Notes: generated from the sequence alone by a model not told the origin. 64,000 nucleotides of DNA from Anaerolineales bacterium (GCA_034520505.1 JAXHNK010000007.1:86694-150693), one strand, 5' to 3'. Counted from the first letter of the stretch, positions 20,007 through 29,836 are shown. Numbers and translations are program-made.

Positions 20007-22739
20007 TTACTGATGTTGGATTTTTTTTAAAAACACCCTGACTACCCGGGGATCGAACTCTTTCCCCGAATTTTCTTTGATGTATTGGATGGCTTGTTGT
20101 TGGGACCAGGCTTTCCGGTAGGGGCGGTCACTGCGTAAGGCATCCCAGACATCAACCACGGCGAAAATCCGGGCTGCGAGCGGGATGTTTTCTCCAGTGA
20201 GACCGGCTGGATAGCCGCTTCCGTCCCACCGCTCATGATGAGAAAGGGGAATGTCCAGGGCGGGGGTGATATATTGAATTGGTTTGAGCATCTTCTCGGC
20301 GTAAAGGGGATGTTTTCTGATTTCTTCCCATTCATCCTCGGTTAATTTCCCTGGTTTTAACAGAATTTTATCTGGAATAGCAATTTTCCCCACATCATGG
20401 AGAAGGGCCCCCCGGCGGATATGGATCATTTCTTCTGGGGGGATATTCATCTCCCGGGCGATAGCCAGGGTCAGGTTCACCACTCGTTTACTGTGTCCTT
20501 CTGTCTCGTGATCTTTCATCTCTAAAGCCCGGGCCCAACCCTGCAAGGTTGAATCGTAGGCCTGGGACAGTTCCAGGTTTGTGCTCTGTAAATCTTCAAA
20601 CATTTCCGCATTATCAATAGCAATAGCTGCTTGCCCGCCTAAAGTGTCGGCGTAGTTCTTCCATTCCTGGGGGACTTGCTTTGGGGACCGGTTGAAAAGC
20701 TCCAGGACACCCCGGATTTTTCCCTTAAAATTTAAAGGTAAAGCATAATAAAAAACGAAATTTTCGTCCTGGAGGTAGCGGCTCTGGATAAATTTACCTG
20801 GTTTTTCCGTTAAATTTGATATATGCACCGGTTTGTTTTCCAGGACAGCCTGACCGGCGTACCCTTTGCCAACCAGAAGATGGGTAGATGTTAAGGCGCT
20901 GGTCTTAAAACCCCTGGATTTTTTATAGGACAGGGTTTTCGAGTCCTGATCGAGGAGCAAGATACAGGCGGCATCGACTTCTAGCTGGCTGAGGACGTGC
21001 TCCAGGATGATGTTGAGGGTGATATTGATGTCCAGACTGCTGCTGATCGTCCGGTCAATACTGCGCAGGGTTTGCAGGCGGTTGACTTGTCGCTCAACTG
21101 TCCTGTACAACCTTGCCCGCTGGATGGAGATTGCTAATTGACTGGCCAGGGTGACCAGGAAGCGTTCGTCTGCAGCTGAGTAAGCATCGGGTCTTTTGTC
21201 CTCGGTGTTAATCACCCCTAACACATTATCCTGCACTTTGATAGGCACACATAATTCTGATTTGATCCCGGGGACTATTTCCAGGAACTGCGTGCTTTCC
21301 TCGACGTCGGGAAGGTAGATTGATCCTCCGGTTTTGACCACCTGCCCGACAATACCCTTGTTGAGGGGTACTTTGACATCTACCAATTCCTGGGGGATAT
21401 TCCGGTAGGAGGGGTGTACGGTTAACACCTTTTCCTGGGGGTCAAGCAGCAGCACCCCGTAAAATTCTGGGTTGAGGACCTTTCCCATGATCTCTGTTGC
21501 TTGATCTATGATCACATTTTCATCCGTTTCCACGGTGGCCGTTGTGGCTAAATTGTGCAATGAGGATGTTTCCTGCAGCTGGCGTTCGAGGATTTGTTCC
21601 CGTTTTTTTCTTTCACTGATATCCCGCAGTCCGACCAGGATGACTTCTTCCCCGCCTCCCATCAGGTGCGGGCGGGTGGTAAACTCCACCGGGAATTGTT
21701 CCCCGCTGGCCCGGAGGTGAATGGATTCGGTGGTGAATTCTTCTGCGGCTGTATAGGGGTTATCGGGAGAGGGAACCTGATCATGTTTTTCTTCCGGGAC
21801 CAGATCGCGGACGGTTTTGGTGAGAAATTCTTCCCGGGAGTAACCGTATATATCACAGGCCTGCTGATTGACATCAACAATTTCGCCGATCATGTTCTGG
21901 ACCAGCAGCGCATCCTGAACACCGTTAAAAATTCCCCGGTAACGCTGTTCACTGGTTTCCAGCTTCTGGACTGCTTTTTCCCGTTCGGTGATATCGATAA
22001 AGGAGGCTGCCATCTGCCCCTGGCGGCCTATCGGGCTTACAGTCAGATAACCATAACGCGTTTCTTGGTCCTGGGTAAGGTAGCGGAATTTAATTTGATC
22101 AGGTGGGGCTTGCTCTTCTTTTCCGCTGAGCTGTAGATATTCCTTAATCTGCTCGTGGTCATCCGGGTGGACAAAATCTGTCCATTTCAATTTTCCTTCG
22201 GATGCATCTTTTGAATAGCCGGTTTGTTTGCCGAATTCGCTGTTAGTTAGAGAGATGGTGTGATCAGGTTCAATGATGATTGTGGCTGTTCCCGTATTTT
22301 CAAAAATGGTCCGGTATCGTTTTTCGCTCTCTTTGAGAGCCTCCTCTGCTTTCCGGGCCTGGCGTTTTACCTGATGTTCCTCAAGGGCTTTTGTCACTGC
22401 TGGACCCAGCCGGGTCAATCGGTCTTTAATCAAATAGTCAGCAGCGCCCAATTTGATCAGCTGGACAGCCGTGTTTTCACCTACGCTGCCCGTGATCACC
22501 AGAAAAGGGATAGAAAATTTTTTCTCCGAGAGGATCTCTAAAGCCCGGGGAGCGTCAAATTGGGGCATAGAATAGTCAGAGAGGATGATGTCATAATCTG
22601 GACGCAGGATTTCCAGGTAATCGTTTTCGGTTTCTACCCGGTCCCAATCTGGTTGATAACCTTCCTTGCGGAGTTCGTGGAGCATCAGCTCTGCATCGGA
22701 GGGATTATCTTCTAAAATTAATACCTTTAAAGATTTCAT
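20007..22739 (-). CDS. response regulator REC-PAS-PAS-GAF-GAF-HD-GYP (c-di-GMP phosphodiesterase type)
   Basis: 910 aa: REC 'VLILEDNPSD...ILSDYSMPQFD', PAS blocks and GAF blocks. HD 'ALLHDVGK' and 'HHERWDGSGYP' near the C-terminus. Confidence 0.88.
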   Translation of the reverse strand: MKSLKVLILEDNPSDAELMLHELRKEGYQPDWDRVETENDYLEILRPDYDIILSDYSMPQFDAPRALEILSEKKFSIPFLVITGSVGENTAVQLIKLGAADYLIKDRLTRLGPAVTKALEEHQVKRQARKAEEALKESEKRYRTIFENTGTATIIIEPDHTISLTNSEFGKQTGYSKDASEGKLKWTDFVHPDDHEQIKEYLQLSGKEEQAPPDQIKFRYLTQDQETRYGYLTVSPIGRQGQMAASFIDITEREKAVQKLETSEQRYRGIFNGVQDALLVQNMIGEIVDVNQQACDIYGYSREEFLTKTVRDLVPEEKHDQVPSPDNPYTAAEEFTTESIHLRASGEQFPVEFTTRPHLMGGGEEVILVGLRDISERKKREQILERQLQETSSLHNLATTATVETDENVIIDQATEIMGKVLNPEFYGVLLLDPQEKVLTVHPSYRNIPQELVDVKVPLNKGIVGQVVKTGGSIYLPDVEESTQFLEIVPGIKSELCVPIKVQDNVLGVINTEDKRPDAYSAADERFLVTLASQLAISIQRARLYRTVERQVNRLQTLRSIDRTISSSLDINITLNIILEHVLSQLEVDAACILLLDQDSKTLSYKKSRGFKTSALTSTHLLVGKGYAGQAVLENKPVHISNLTEKPGKFIQSRYLQDENFVFYYALPLNFKGKIRGVLELFNRSPKQVPQEWKNYADTLGGQAAIAIDNAEMFEDLQSTNLELSQAYDSTLQGWARALEMKDHETEGHSKRVVNLTLAIAREMNIPPEEMIHIRRGALLHDVGKIAIPDKILLKPGKLTEDEWEEIRKHPLYAEKMLKPIQYITPALDIPLSHHERWDGSGYPAGLTGENIPLAARIFAVVDVWDALRSDRPYRKAWSQQQAIQYIKENSGKEFDPRVVRVFLKKIQHQ

Positions 22740-22812
22740 ATGGATGTTGTCCTAGCCTAAACCGGGGAAACTTAAGAAAATTCGGGGTGGTTTTGAGGCT
22801 TTTTGATCTTGT

Positions 22813-23256
22813 TCAGGCAGCCTGTTGATTTACCTTCAGCCAGTAAGACCCAACCTGTTGAACGGTTTTTGAAAATTGATTAAAATCAACCGGTTTGGTG
22901 ATAAAACTGTTAGCTCCCAGGGCGTAACTTTGGCGGATATCTTGTTCCTGGTCTGAGGAAGAAAAGACCACCACAGGAATATTCCTGGTTTGGGGATGGG
23001 CCTTGATCTTTTCCAGGACTTCCAGCCCGTTGACCTTGGGCAATTTAAGGTCAAGCAAAATCAACCGGGGTGGGTTAGGCTCCTGCAATCCCTGATAATT
23101 TCCCTTTCCAAAGAGGAAATCAAGGGCTTCTGCCCCATCTCGGATCACTTTGATGTTCTCGGCTAGCTCTTTTTGGCTCAAGGCATGTAAAGTCAACTCT
23201 TCATCTGAGGGATTATCCTCTACGAGGAGGATATCAGGTGGTAAATTGTTTTCCAT
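22813..23256 (-). CDS. single-domain CheY-like response regulator
   Basis: 147 aa: 'ILLVEDNPSDEELT', phospho-Asp context 'LILLDLKLPKVNG', 'VVVFSSS' and 'ANSFITKP'. Confidence 0.9.
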   Translation of the reverse strand: MENNLPPDILLVEDNPSDEELTLHALSQKELAENIKVIRDGAEALDFLFGKGNYQGLQEPNPPRLILLDLKLPKVNGLEVLEKIKAHPQTRNIPVVVFSSSDQEQDIRQSYALGANSFITKPVDFNQFSKTVQQVGSYWLKVNQQAA

Positions 23257-23366
23257 CGTTTGTTTGCGGATGAACGGGTATTGGTTCTAACTAAAGTATC
23301 TGTGATTTTCTGTTTGATTGCTGTTGCGACATAAGAATTATACTTGATAATGGTCAAATCAGGTGT

Positions 23367-25652
23367 TTACCCGGGTTCCGGCGATGGACCCAGGGTGAAA
23401 TAGAACGCTGCTCCTTGATTTACTTTTCCGTCTGCCCATATCTTTCCCCCGTGGCGGTGGATCAAACGCTGCACAATCGCCAGTCCCACCCCGGTGCCCT
23501 CGTAATCCTGAGATTTATGCAGCCTTTGAAAAATTCCAAAGAGCTTGTCGGTATATGCCATATCAAAACCCACACCGTTATCCTTCACGAAGTACACGCG
23601 CTCATCACCCTCCAGGAAGGAACTGATTTCAATCTTTGTCTGGGGCTGATTTTTGGTGTATTTCAGGGCGTTGTCTATCAAGTTAACATAGATTTGCTTC
23701 AAGAACCCGGCGTCTGCCTGGCAGGGGGGTAATGTGTCTAGAATGATCTCCATTTTTCTGTCCGGATAATCTCTTCTCAGGGAGTCAATCACACCTTCAA
23801 CCAGATCCCGGGTGTTTATCTGCTCGATATTTAAGGCTTGCTGCCCCAGACGGGAGAGAGAGAGCAAATCTTTGATAAGGATGTCCATCTGATTAGCATT
23901 TTCCTGGATCAGGTCCAGATAGCGGAACGCTTCGTCAGGTATCTGGGGTTTAAACTCACTCATCAGGATCCGGGAAAAACCATTAATCGCCCGCAGCGGT
24001 GCCCGGAGGTCATGGGAAACAGAATAGGTGAAGGATTCCAGTTCTTGATTGGCCAGCTGCAGCCGGGTGGTGGTATCTTCTAATTTGCGGTTAGTTACCT
24101 GAAGATCTTCCAACAGGTTGGTTAAAGCCTTGTTCAGCGTTTCTACTTCTGTTATCCGGATTTCTAATTCTCCGGTCCGTTGATCGACCAGGTCTTCCAA
24201 TTCTTCTTGATAAGATTTCAGCTCCTGTTCAGCCCGGAGTCTTTCAGTGATGTCATTTCCCGAGGAAAGGATGCCCGTGATCTGTCCTTTTTCGTCTTTC
24301 AGCAGTACGTTGTTCCAATCGATGATTTTTTCAGTGCCGTCTTTGGTGATCACTTGATTTTGATGATTCTCAACTACAGGTGACCGCCCTTCGATCATCT
24401 CCTTGAATACCTCTCGAACTTTTTGCTGGTTTGCGGGCGGAATACAGATTTCAAACCAATCTTTTCCGAGCAGATCCTCCTCACGATGTCCGAGCAGCTG
24501 ACTGCCAAAGTCGTTAATCAAAATAATCGTTCCTTTTTGGTTAAGGGCAACGATCATCACTTTGGCGATGTCCAAAAAATTCTGAGCCCGATTCCGTTCC
24601 TTGAGCAGGGCTTCTGCAATCCCTTTCCTTTCTGTGATGTCGGTGGTAAATCCCTGAATGGTAAATGATCCATCAGGAGATCTGTGATTGATCCGGGCAT
24701 TCATGGATAGCCAGATCAGCTCGCCGTTTTTCTTCTCTGCCTGGTAGGCAAAATCTTTCACCTGTTGGTTCTTTTTTAGTTCCTGGAGAAAGGTCTTTCT
24801 CCGTTCCGGATTATGATAGAGTTCAGTCCCCAGGTCATTATAGGCATTGAGTGCCTCCTCTTTGGTCTGGTAACCCAGGATTTCAGCCATTTGCGTGTTG
24901 ACTTCCAGGACTTTGCCGTCAGATGTGGTTCGAAAAATTCCTACAGGAGCCTGTTCGACAAGTTTGCGGTAGCTTTCTTCGCTGTCCAGGAGAGCGGATT
25001 CTCTCTCTAAATTTTCGCTGATATCTTTGATGATCCCGATGAATCCGGTAAGTTCTCCCTGATTATTCCTCAGATAGGAGACAGTGGTTTCCCCGGGAAA
25101 GGTTTCCCCATTTTTCTTCCGGTAAACTGTGATCGTAGAAATATCGGGATCGGTAACTTGGGGGGTTAATTTTTCTCCCAGGGATTGATACTGCTCCGGT
25201 TGATGGTAGATAACATGGGTCTTTTGGCCCTGAAGTTCTTCCAGGGAGTAGCCGAACAATTCGCTGAAAGCAGGGTTCCAGTCAATGATTTCCCGCTGGG
25301 TATTGGCCACCAGGATAGGATCCCTGATGCTTTTAAATAAGGACAGATATTTCTCTTTTGAATTCCGGAGCTGGTGTTCTTTCCGGATGAGTTTCCTGGT
25401 GTGAAAGTTAATACTCAGCCAGAGCAGCAGACCGGTGGTCCCGACATAGAAAAATCCTTTGATCGTTTGTAGTCTGGTTAAAGCCTGAGGATCGGTCACC
25501 GCCAGGATCAGGATCCTGTCCGAAAGCCGGATCCATAATCCGCCAAGGATCAGATAACCGGCGGTGATCAGGAGGGGAGTCCAGGAGATGGCGTTTCGAT
25601 TCTTTATTTTCTTCCTCAGCTGGTTCCAGGTTGATTGGCTTTTGGTGCCCAT
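23367..25652 (-). CDS. multi-PAS sensor histidine kinase
   Basis: 761 aa: two N-terminal TM helices and several PAS/PAC blocks. H-box 'SVSHDLRAPL'; HATPase N/G boxes 'DNALKYT', 'DNGVGF' and 'GTGVGLAIV'. Confidence 0.9.
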   Translation of the reverse strand: MGTKSQSTWNQLRKKIKNRNAISWTPLLITAGYLILGGLWIRLSDRILILAVTDPQALTRLQTIKGFFYVGTTGLLLWLSINFHTRKLIRKEHQLRNSKEKYLSLFKSIRDPILVANTQREIIDWNPAFSELFGYSLEELQGQKTHVIYHQPEQYQSLGEKLTPQVTDPDISTITVYRKKNGETFPGETTVSYLRNNQGELTGFIGIIKDISENLERESALLDSEESYRKLVEQAPVGIFRTTSDGKVLEVNTQMAEILGYQTKEEALNAYNDLGTELYHNPERRKTFLQELKKNQQVKDFAYQAEKKNGELIWLSMNARINHRSPDGSFTIQGFTTDITERKGIAEALLKERNRAQNFLDIAKVMIVALNQKGTIILINDFGSQLLGHREEDLLGKDWFEICIPPANQQKVREVFKEMIEGRSPVVENHQNQVITKDGTEKIIDWNNVLLKDEKGQITGILSSGNDITERLRAEQELKSYQEELEDLVDQRTGELEIRITEVETLNKALTNLLEDLQVTNRKLEDTTTRLQLANQELESFTYSVSHDLRAPLRAINGFSRILMSEFKPQIPDEAFRYLDLIQENANQMDILIKDLLSLSRLGQQALNIEQINTRDLVEGVIDSLRRDYPDRKMEIILDTLPPCQADAGFLKQIYVNLIDNALKYTKNQPQTKIEISSFLEGDERVYFVKDNGVGFDMAYTDKLFGIFQRLHKSQDYEGTGVGLAIVQRLIHRHGGKIWADGKVNQGAAFYFTLGPSPEPG

Positions 25653-25658
25653 AGAAAT

Positions 25659-28013
25659 TTAATTATCCTTAATTTCTGAGAAGTTTATAGGATCATCCCC
25701 CAGAGGATCATCGACAGCTGGATCAAGTCCCGCTTCCTGCAGCTGGTTTTGGAGGACTTTGATAATTTTCTTTAGTTCTGCCATCCTCACTTCTCTCCCG
25801 GCCATGAGGTTAACTATTTTTTGCAGCTCAGAGGTGCGTTCCTGGACGCGCTGTTCTAACTCCTCAGCATATTGCTGGATTTGTTCGTAAAGCCGGGCGT
25901 TCTCGATAGCCTGGGCTGCCTGGGCTGCAAAGGGTTTGGCCAACTCAGCGTCCGAATATCCGTAAGCGTGAGCCTGGTAGCTGTCAAAAGTAATGTGGCC
26001 GATTAAATTCCCTTTGATTAACAAGGGCACACCCATCCATCCCCGGACATCACCGGTGTTTTCCCAACCCTGGAACCGGGGGTCTTTACTGGCGTCGTCA
26101 ATGATGATCGTTTGTTTGGTTTCTTTGATCTCCTGAAAAAGAGGACTGTCGAGGGGGTAAGTTTTTCCTATGATATCTTCGTCAATTCCCCGGGAGGTGA
26201 CAATTCTTAAGTGTTCTCCTTCTACCAGAAAAATTGTGGCGCTGGAGTAGGGTATGGTCTCGATAATGTTTTCCATAATCAGGTCCAGAACCTCGTTCAA
26301 CGATAGTGTTGAGGTGAGCGCGGTGGAAACTTTCTGCATGCTTTTTAGTTTCCTGATGTGTTCCTTGATCTCAAGTTCTGCCTGGATGCGGTCTGAGATG
26401 TCCTGGTGGGTGCCTGCCATCCGCAGGGGTTTTCCATCCTCCGCCCATTCGACAACCCGGCCCTGGGCCAAACCCCAGACCCAGTGTCCTTGTTTATGTT
26501 TCATGCGCATTTCCAGGGAATATTGTTCTAGGTCCCGGGCAAAATGCCGGGAGATTAATTCATAAAACTTTTCTAAGTCATCAGGATGGATTAATTCCTC
26601 CCAGGATTCAATGGAAAGTGGGGAGATTTCTTCTTTGGTGTGACCAATGATATCCGCCCAGCGGTCGTCGATGACTATTTCGCCGTTGGGGATGTCCCAA
26701 TCCCACAGCCCGACATTCGTACCTTTGATAGCCAGGTCCAGGCGCTCTCGATAGGTTTCCAGGGCGCTTTGGTCTTTAAGTTCTTCCGTGATATCCCGGA
26801 TGGTTCCTTGGAGAGCGATCACACTTCCGGATTCATCTCTCACTGCTGCCGAGGTGAATAATGTGTTGATCACAGAGCCGTCTTTCTTTCTCAAAGCCAC
26901 AGGATACTCTTTGAGGAAATCCTTTTCTTCAATTTTCTGGATGTGGTTCCAGCGGTCATCAGGATCTGCATAGAATTCGATCACCGGGGTGTTGAGGAAT
27001 TCTTCCCTGTCTTGATAGTCAAACAACTGCAGGGTGGCGTCATTGACATCAATCCATTCGCCGTCCTTCGAGGTGATAAATACGCTGTCCTTGGAGGTTT
27101 TGAAAAACCTTTGATATTTGTCTGCGCTTTCCTGGAGCGACCGGGTCTTTTTCCTGATGATGTATCTCATACTTCCCGCTGCTGCCAGGAGGATGAGAAC
27201 TGTGCCTCCGCTGGCGATCAAACTCCATTTCAACCAGCTCGGGATCACAGAGGTTGAGGATGGGTTAATCATCCGGTCAAAGGATTGATAATAGAACGAA
27301 TCAGGGTCTGATTTCAGGCTAATCAGGTGTTGATCAATGGTTGGCAGCAGCGCATTTTGAGCATCCCGGGAAGCGATAAACACAATCTCCAGGGGATTGA
27401 ACATAATTCCGGTCGATCTGACCTGATACTTGGCAGCGTTTTCTTGAGCAAAAAGCTGATCGACAACGCCTGCGGCTGCCCGTCCGGACGCGATCGCCTG
27501 CAGGACCTCAGAATAATCGTTCACCAGGATCTGGTTGCCCTGGATATTGTGAGTCTGGAGCATTTCCCAGAAGGCTTTGGTGTGATCTCCGCCGCGGACC
27601 AGGGCGATAGGTTCGCCCTGAAGATCACTGACCTGTTTGATTCTTGAGCCTTTGGAGGTAAAAACCTGCCCTGAAATTTGGATTAAGGCTTCCTGGCTGG
27701 TAGCAAAACGGGCAGGGTCGATATCCTGTTCCCGGACCGCGCTGACCAGATCCAGATCTCCTTTTTCTAAGGAGCTCAGGCATTCCTCGTACGTACACTG
27801 CTGATAGGTTAGGTTCCAGCCTTCCTTTTCCGCGATGTGATCCAGGATATCAACGGCAAACCCTTGAGGTGTTCCCTCAGCGTAAATTTGTTGCAGCGGA
27901 GGATAGAAATAAACCCCAACCCGGACGGGAGGCGCTGTCTGGGCGCTTACCCCTCCGGGCAGGGCGATCAGAAGCAGGAGAATGATGATCAAAGGCGCTT
28001 GGAAGTATTTCAT
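25659..28013 (-). CDS. sensor protein without transmitter: signal peptide, periplasmic solute-binding (SBP_bac_3-like) domain, TM, 2x PAS, GAF, C-terminal coiled coil
   Basis: I chose the ATG at 28013 (MKYFQAPLIIILLLLIALPGGVSAQ signal). SBP-like 'VRVGVYFYPP...GFAVDIL', TM 'LIASGGTVLILLAAAG', PAS and GAF blocks. It ends in 'NLMAGREVRMAELKK...' with no H-box or ATPase. The stop is 6 nt before the kinase gene. Confidence 0.8.
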   Translation of the reverse strand: MKYFQAPLIIILLLLIALPGGVSAQTAPPVRVGVYFYPPLQQIYAEGTPQGFAVDILDHIAEKEGWNLTYQQCTYEECLSSLEKGDLDLVSAVREQDIDPARFATSQEALIQISGQVFTSKGSRIKQVSDLQGEPIALVRGGDHTKAFWEMLQTHNIQGNQILVNDYSEVLQAIASGRAAAGVVDQLFAQENAAKYQVRSTGIMFNPLEIVFIASRDAQNALLPTIDQHLISLKSDPDSFYYQSFDRMINPSSTSVIPSWLKWSLIASGGTVLILLAAAGSMRYIIRKKTRSLQESADKYQRFFKTSKDSVFITSKDGEWIDVNDATLQLFDYQDREEFLNTPVIEFYADPDDRWNHIQKIEEKDFLKEYPVALRKKDGSVINTLFTSAAVRDESGSVIALQGTIRDITEELKDQSALETYRERLDLAIKGTNVGLWDWDIPNGEIVIDDRWADIIGHTKEEISPLSIESWEELIHPDDLEKFYELISRHFARDLEQYSLEMRMKHKQGHWVWGLAQGRVVEWAEDGKPLRMAGTHQDISDRIQAELEIKEHIRKLKSMQKVSTALTSTLSLNEVLDLIMENIIETIPYSSATIFLVEGEHLRIVTSRGIDEDIIGKTYPLDSPLFQEIKETKQTIIIDDASKDPRFQGWENTGDVRGWMGVPLLIKGNLIGHITFDSYQAHAYGYSDAELAKPFAAQAAQAIENARLYEQIQQYAEELEQRVQERTSELQKIVNLMAGREVRMAELKKIIKVLQNQLQEAGLDPAVDDPLGDDPINFSEIKDN

Positions 28014-28237
28014 AATGTAGATATTCTGGTCACGTGGACGGGAAAATGATAGAAAAACACTTGGGCTGCAGGAAACCAAGGGTGAGGTAAACAAATTTTA
28101 TCATATCCTGGGGTTTCCATCGGGATGGAGAGCAGTTAGGGAGTTTACAAAAAATTTAAGACTCCGGCTTGCCAGCCTCTTTATTGGGGGAAAACTACCT
28201 GACAGCGGAGGGCGGCCGGAAAAACAGCCGGGGATTG

Positions 28238-28266
28238 TTGACAAAATGAAGAACTGTACTATAAAT
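28238..28266 (+). promoter_or_regulatory. sigma70-type promoter candidate for the DUF4332 gene
   Basis: TTGACA (28238-28243), 16-17 nt spacer, TATAAAT (28260-28266), about 85 nt upstream of the ATG at 28350. Confidence 0.5.
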
Positions 28267-28349
28267 AGTAATAATCAATTTGACAACATTGTTGGGGAGG
28301 ACTCTGGCTCAATCTCAAGATAGTTGAGCAAGGGGAAAAGGAGAAAACC

Positions 28350-28754
28350 ATGGTTCCTCTGGATAAAATTGAAGGGATTGGTAAAATTTCTGCGCAGAAG
28401 TTGAGCTGGGCGGGCATAGAAAGCGCTGAAGCCCTGCTGGAAAGGGGGGCAACCCGCCGGGGAAGGCAGGTTATTGCCGGGGAGACCGGTTTAAGCGGAA
28501 AACGGATCCTGGAATGGGTAAATCATGTCGATTTATTCCGCATCAAGGGGGTGGGGGAGGAATATGCAGATCTGTTAGAGGCGGCCGGGGTTGACAGCGT
28601 GGTGGAGCTCGCCCACCGCAACCCCAAAAGCCTGGCAAAGCGAATTGAGGAAATTAATCAGAAGAAAAAATTAGTCAGGCGTCAACCTTCGCTGAAAGTG
28701 GTCACCCGCTGGGTAAAAGAAGCCCAGAAACTTCCCCGGGTGGTTGAGTATTAA
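28350..28754 (+). CDS. DUF4332 (tandem helix-hairpin-helix) protein
   Basis: 134 aa with two HhH units 'IEGIGKISAQKLSWAGIES' and 'IKGVGEEYADLLEAAGVDS'. RBS AAGGAGAAAA upstream. Confidence 0.65.
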   Translation: MVPLDKIEGIGKISAQKLSWAGIESAEALLERGATRRGRQVIAGETGLSGKRILEWVNHVDLFRIKGVGEEYADLLEAAGVDSVVELAHRNPKSLAKRIEEINQKKKLVRRQPSLKVVTRWVKEAQKLPRVVEY

Positions 28755-28790
28755 GCCTGGGTTGGATCGAAAAAGAAAACGAGGAAAATA

Positions 28791-28821
28791 AAAAAATACG
28801 GCATTTGCCGTATTTTTTTTT
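28791..28821. terminator. bidirectional intrinsic terminator (A-tract / hairpin / T-tract)
   Basis: ATACGGC (28796-28802) / GCCGTAT (28807-28813) with a 4-nt loop. Flanked by an A run upstream and T9 downstream. Sits between the convergent DUF4332 gene and tRNA-Leu. Confidence 0.75.
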
Positions 28822-28834
28822 ATCACACATCGAG

Positions 28835-28916
28835 TAGGGCGGGTGGGACTCGAACCCACATGGTGTGAACCGGGGGATTTTAAGTCCCCTGCGTCTGCCA
28901 GTTCCGCCACCGCCCC
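28835..28916 (-). tRNA. tRNA-Leu (anticodon UAA), class II with long variable arm; CCA not encoded
   Basis: Hand-folded cloverleaf. Acceptor GGGGCGG/CCGCCCT (G1-U72 wobble). D-loop GAACTGGCAGA. Anticodon stem GGGGA/TCCCC with loop CT-TAA-AA. 14-nt variable arm. T arm GTGGG-TTCGAGT-CCCAC. Confidence 0.9.
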
Positions 28917-29000
28917 AAGCGAGGTGACGTCCTTAATTTTACACACCTTGGAGATTTGGTCAAGGGATGCTGGGGGAGAGCAGACGGGGCGGCTTTCCAG

Positions 29001-29831
29001 CTAGAAAAGTATATTTGCCAGCCGGGGTCGGTATTCCCTGGTGAGCTGATTGTCATCCCCCAGCAGCTCAAACAGCCCCAGGACAATTTCTTTCACCTGG
29101 CCGTCTTTATAGGTTTTGTTTTCCCGGAGGACATCCAGCAGCCCATCCAGGGCGGCAGGGTGGTTCCCCAGAACAACTAAGCGCAGCGCCCGGCGGTAGA
29201 TCGCGTCCTGTTTATCAGCCCCGGAGGGCGGCTCCTGGTCGATCTCCATTAATGCCCGAACCAGGGGCTTCAGCTTTTCAACACTCCTGTATTCCAGGCT
29301 GGGAGGGAATCTGGTGAGCAGCCTTTGGGCATGCTCCGGTTGTCCCTGGAATAGATAAGCTTTGATCAAGATTAACGTGGTCCGGGGGTGCCCGGGAAGA
29401 GTTTCCAGGATTTCCTGGCAGGTTTCAATCACCCGGTCATACTTCTTAGCGGCAAATAAGCTCTGCGCCTTTTCAACTAACAGGCTTTCCGGACCGGGAA
29501 TCATCTTCTGGATAAAATCTATAATCTGGGTGGTGGTTTTTGATCCATCTAATTTCCCCACCAATCTTCCATCCTGAAATATCCGCTGAGCGGGAACGGT
29601 CTGGACCTGATAGCGTTTGGTAAGTTCGATATTTTCATCGACGTTTGCTTTGGCCAACCGGAAGTGCCCGTGATTCCTGCGGGCTTCTTGTTCCAGGACC
29701 ACGCTCATCCGCTGGCAGGGATCGCACCATTCTGCCCAGAATTCGACCAGGACAGGTACATTCTGCGAATAGGCGATAACCTGATAATCAAAATTTGATT
29801 CGTTAACTTCAATGATATCTGGGGTAGTCAT
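29001..29831 (-). CDS. thioredoxin domain + TPR-like C-terminal domain protein (YbbN/CnoX-like)
   Basis: 276 aa: N-terminal thioredoxin fold with an intact 'WAEWCDPCQ' CxxC, and a C-terminal helical-repeat region. Confidence 0.8.
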   Translation of the reverse strand: MTTPDIIEVNESNFDYQVIAYSQNVPVLVEFWAEWCDPCQRMSVVLEQEARRNHGHFRLAKANVDENIELTKRYQVQTVPAQRIFQDGRLVGKLDGSKTTTQIIDFIQKMIPGPESLLVEKAQSLFAAKKYDRVIETCQEILETLPGHPRTTLILIKAYLFQGQPEHAQRLLTRFPPSLEYRSVEKLKPLVRALMEIDQEPPSGADKQDAIYRRALRLVVLGNHPAALDGLLDVLRENKTYKDGQVKEIVLGLFELLGDDNQLTREYRPRLANILF

Positions 29832-29836
29832 AAAAT

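Noticed and set aside
28014-28094. 27-codon upstream extension of the SBP-PAS-GAF sensor ORF.
   Set aside because: The internal ATG at 28013 gives a canonical signal peptide (MKYFQAPLIIILLLLIALPGGVSAQ). The extension has no function-like sequence.
28755-29000. tRNA-Leu (and likewise tRNA-Gly at 47221-47292) as a possible integration hotspot or genomic-island boundary.
   Set aside because: There is no integrase, direct repeat of the tRNA 3' end, or foreign-looking gene block next to either tRNA.
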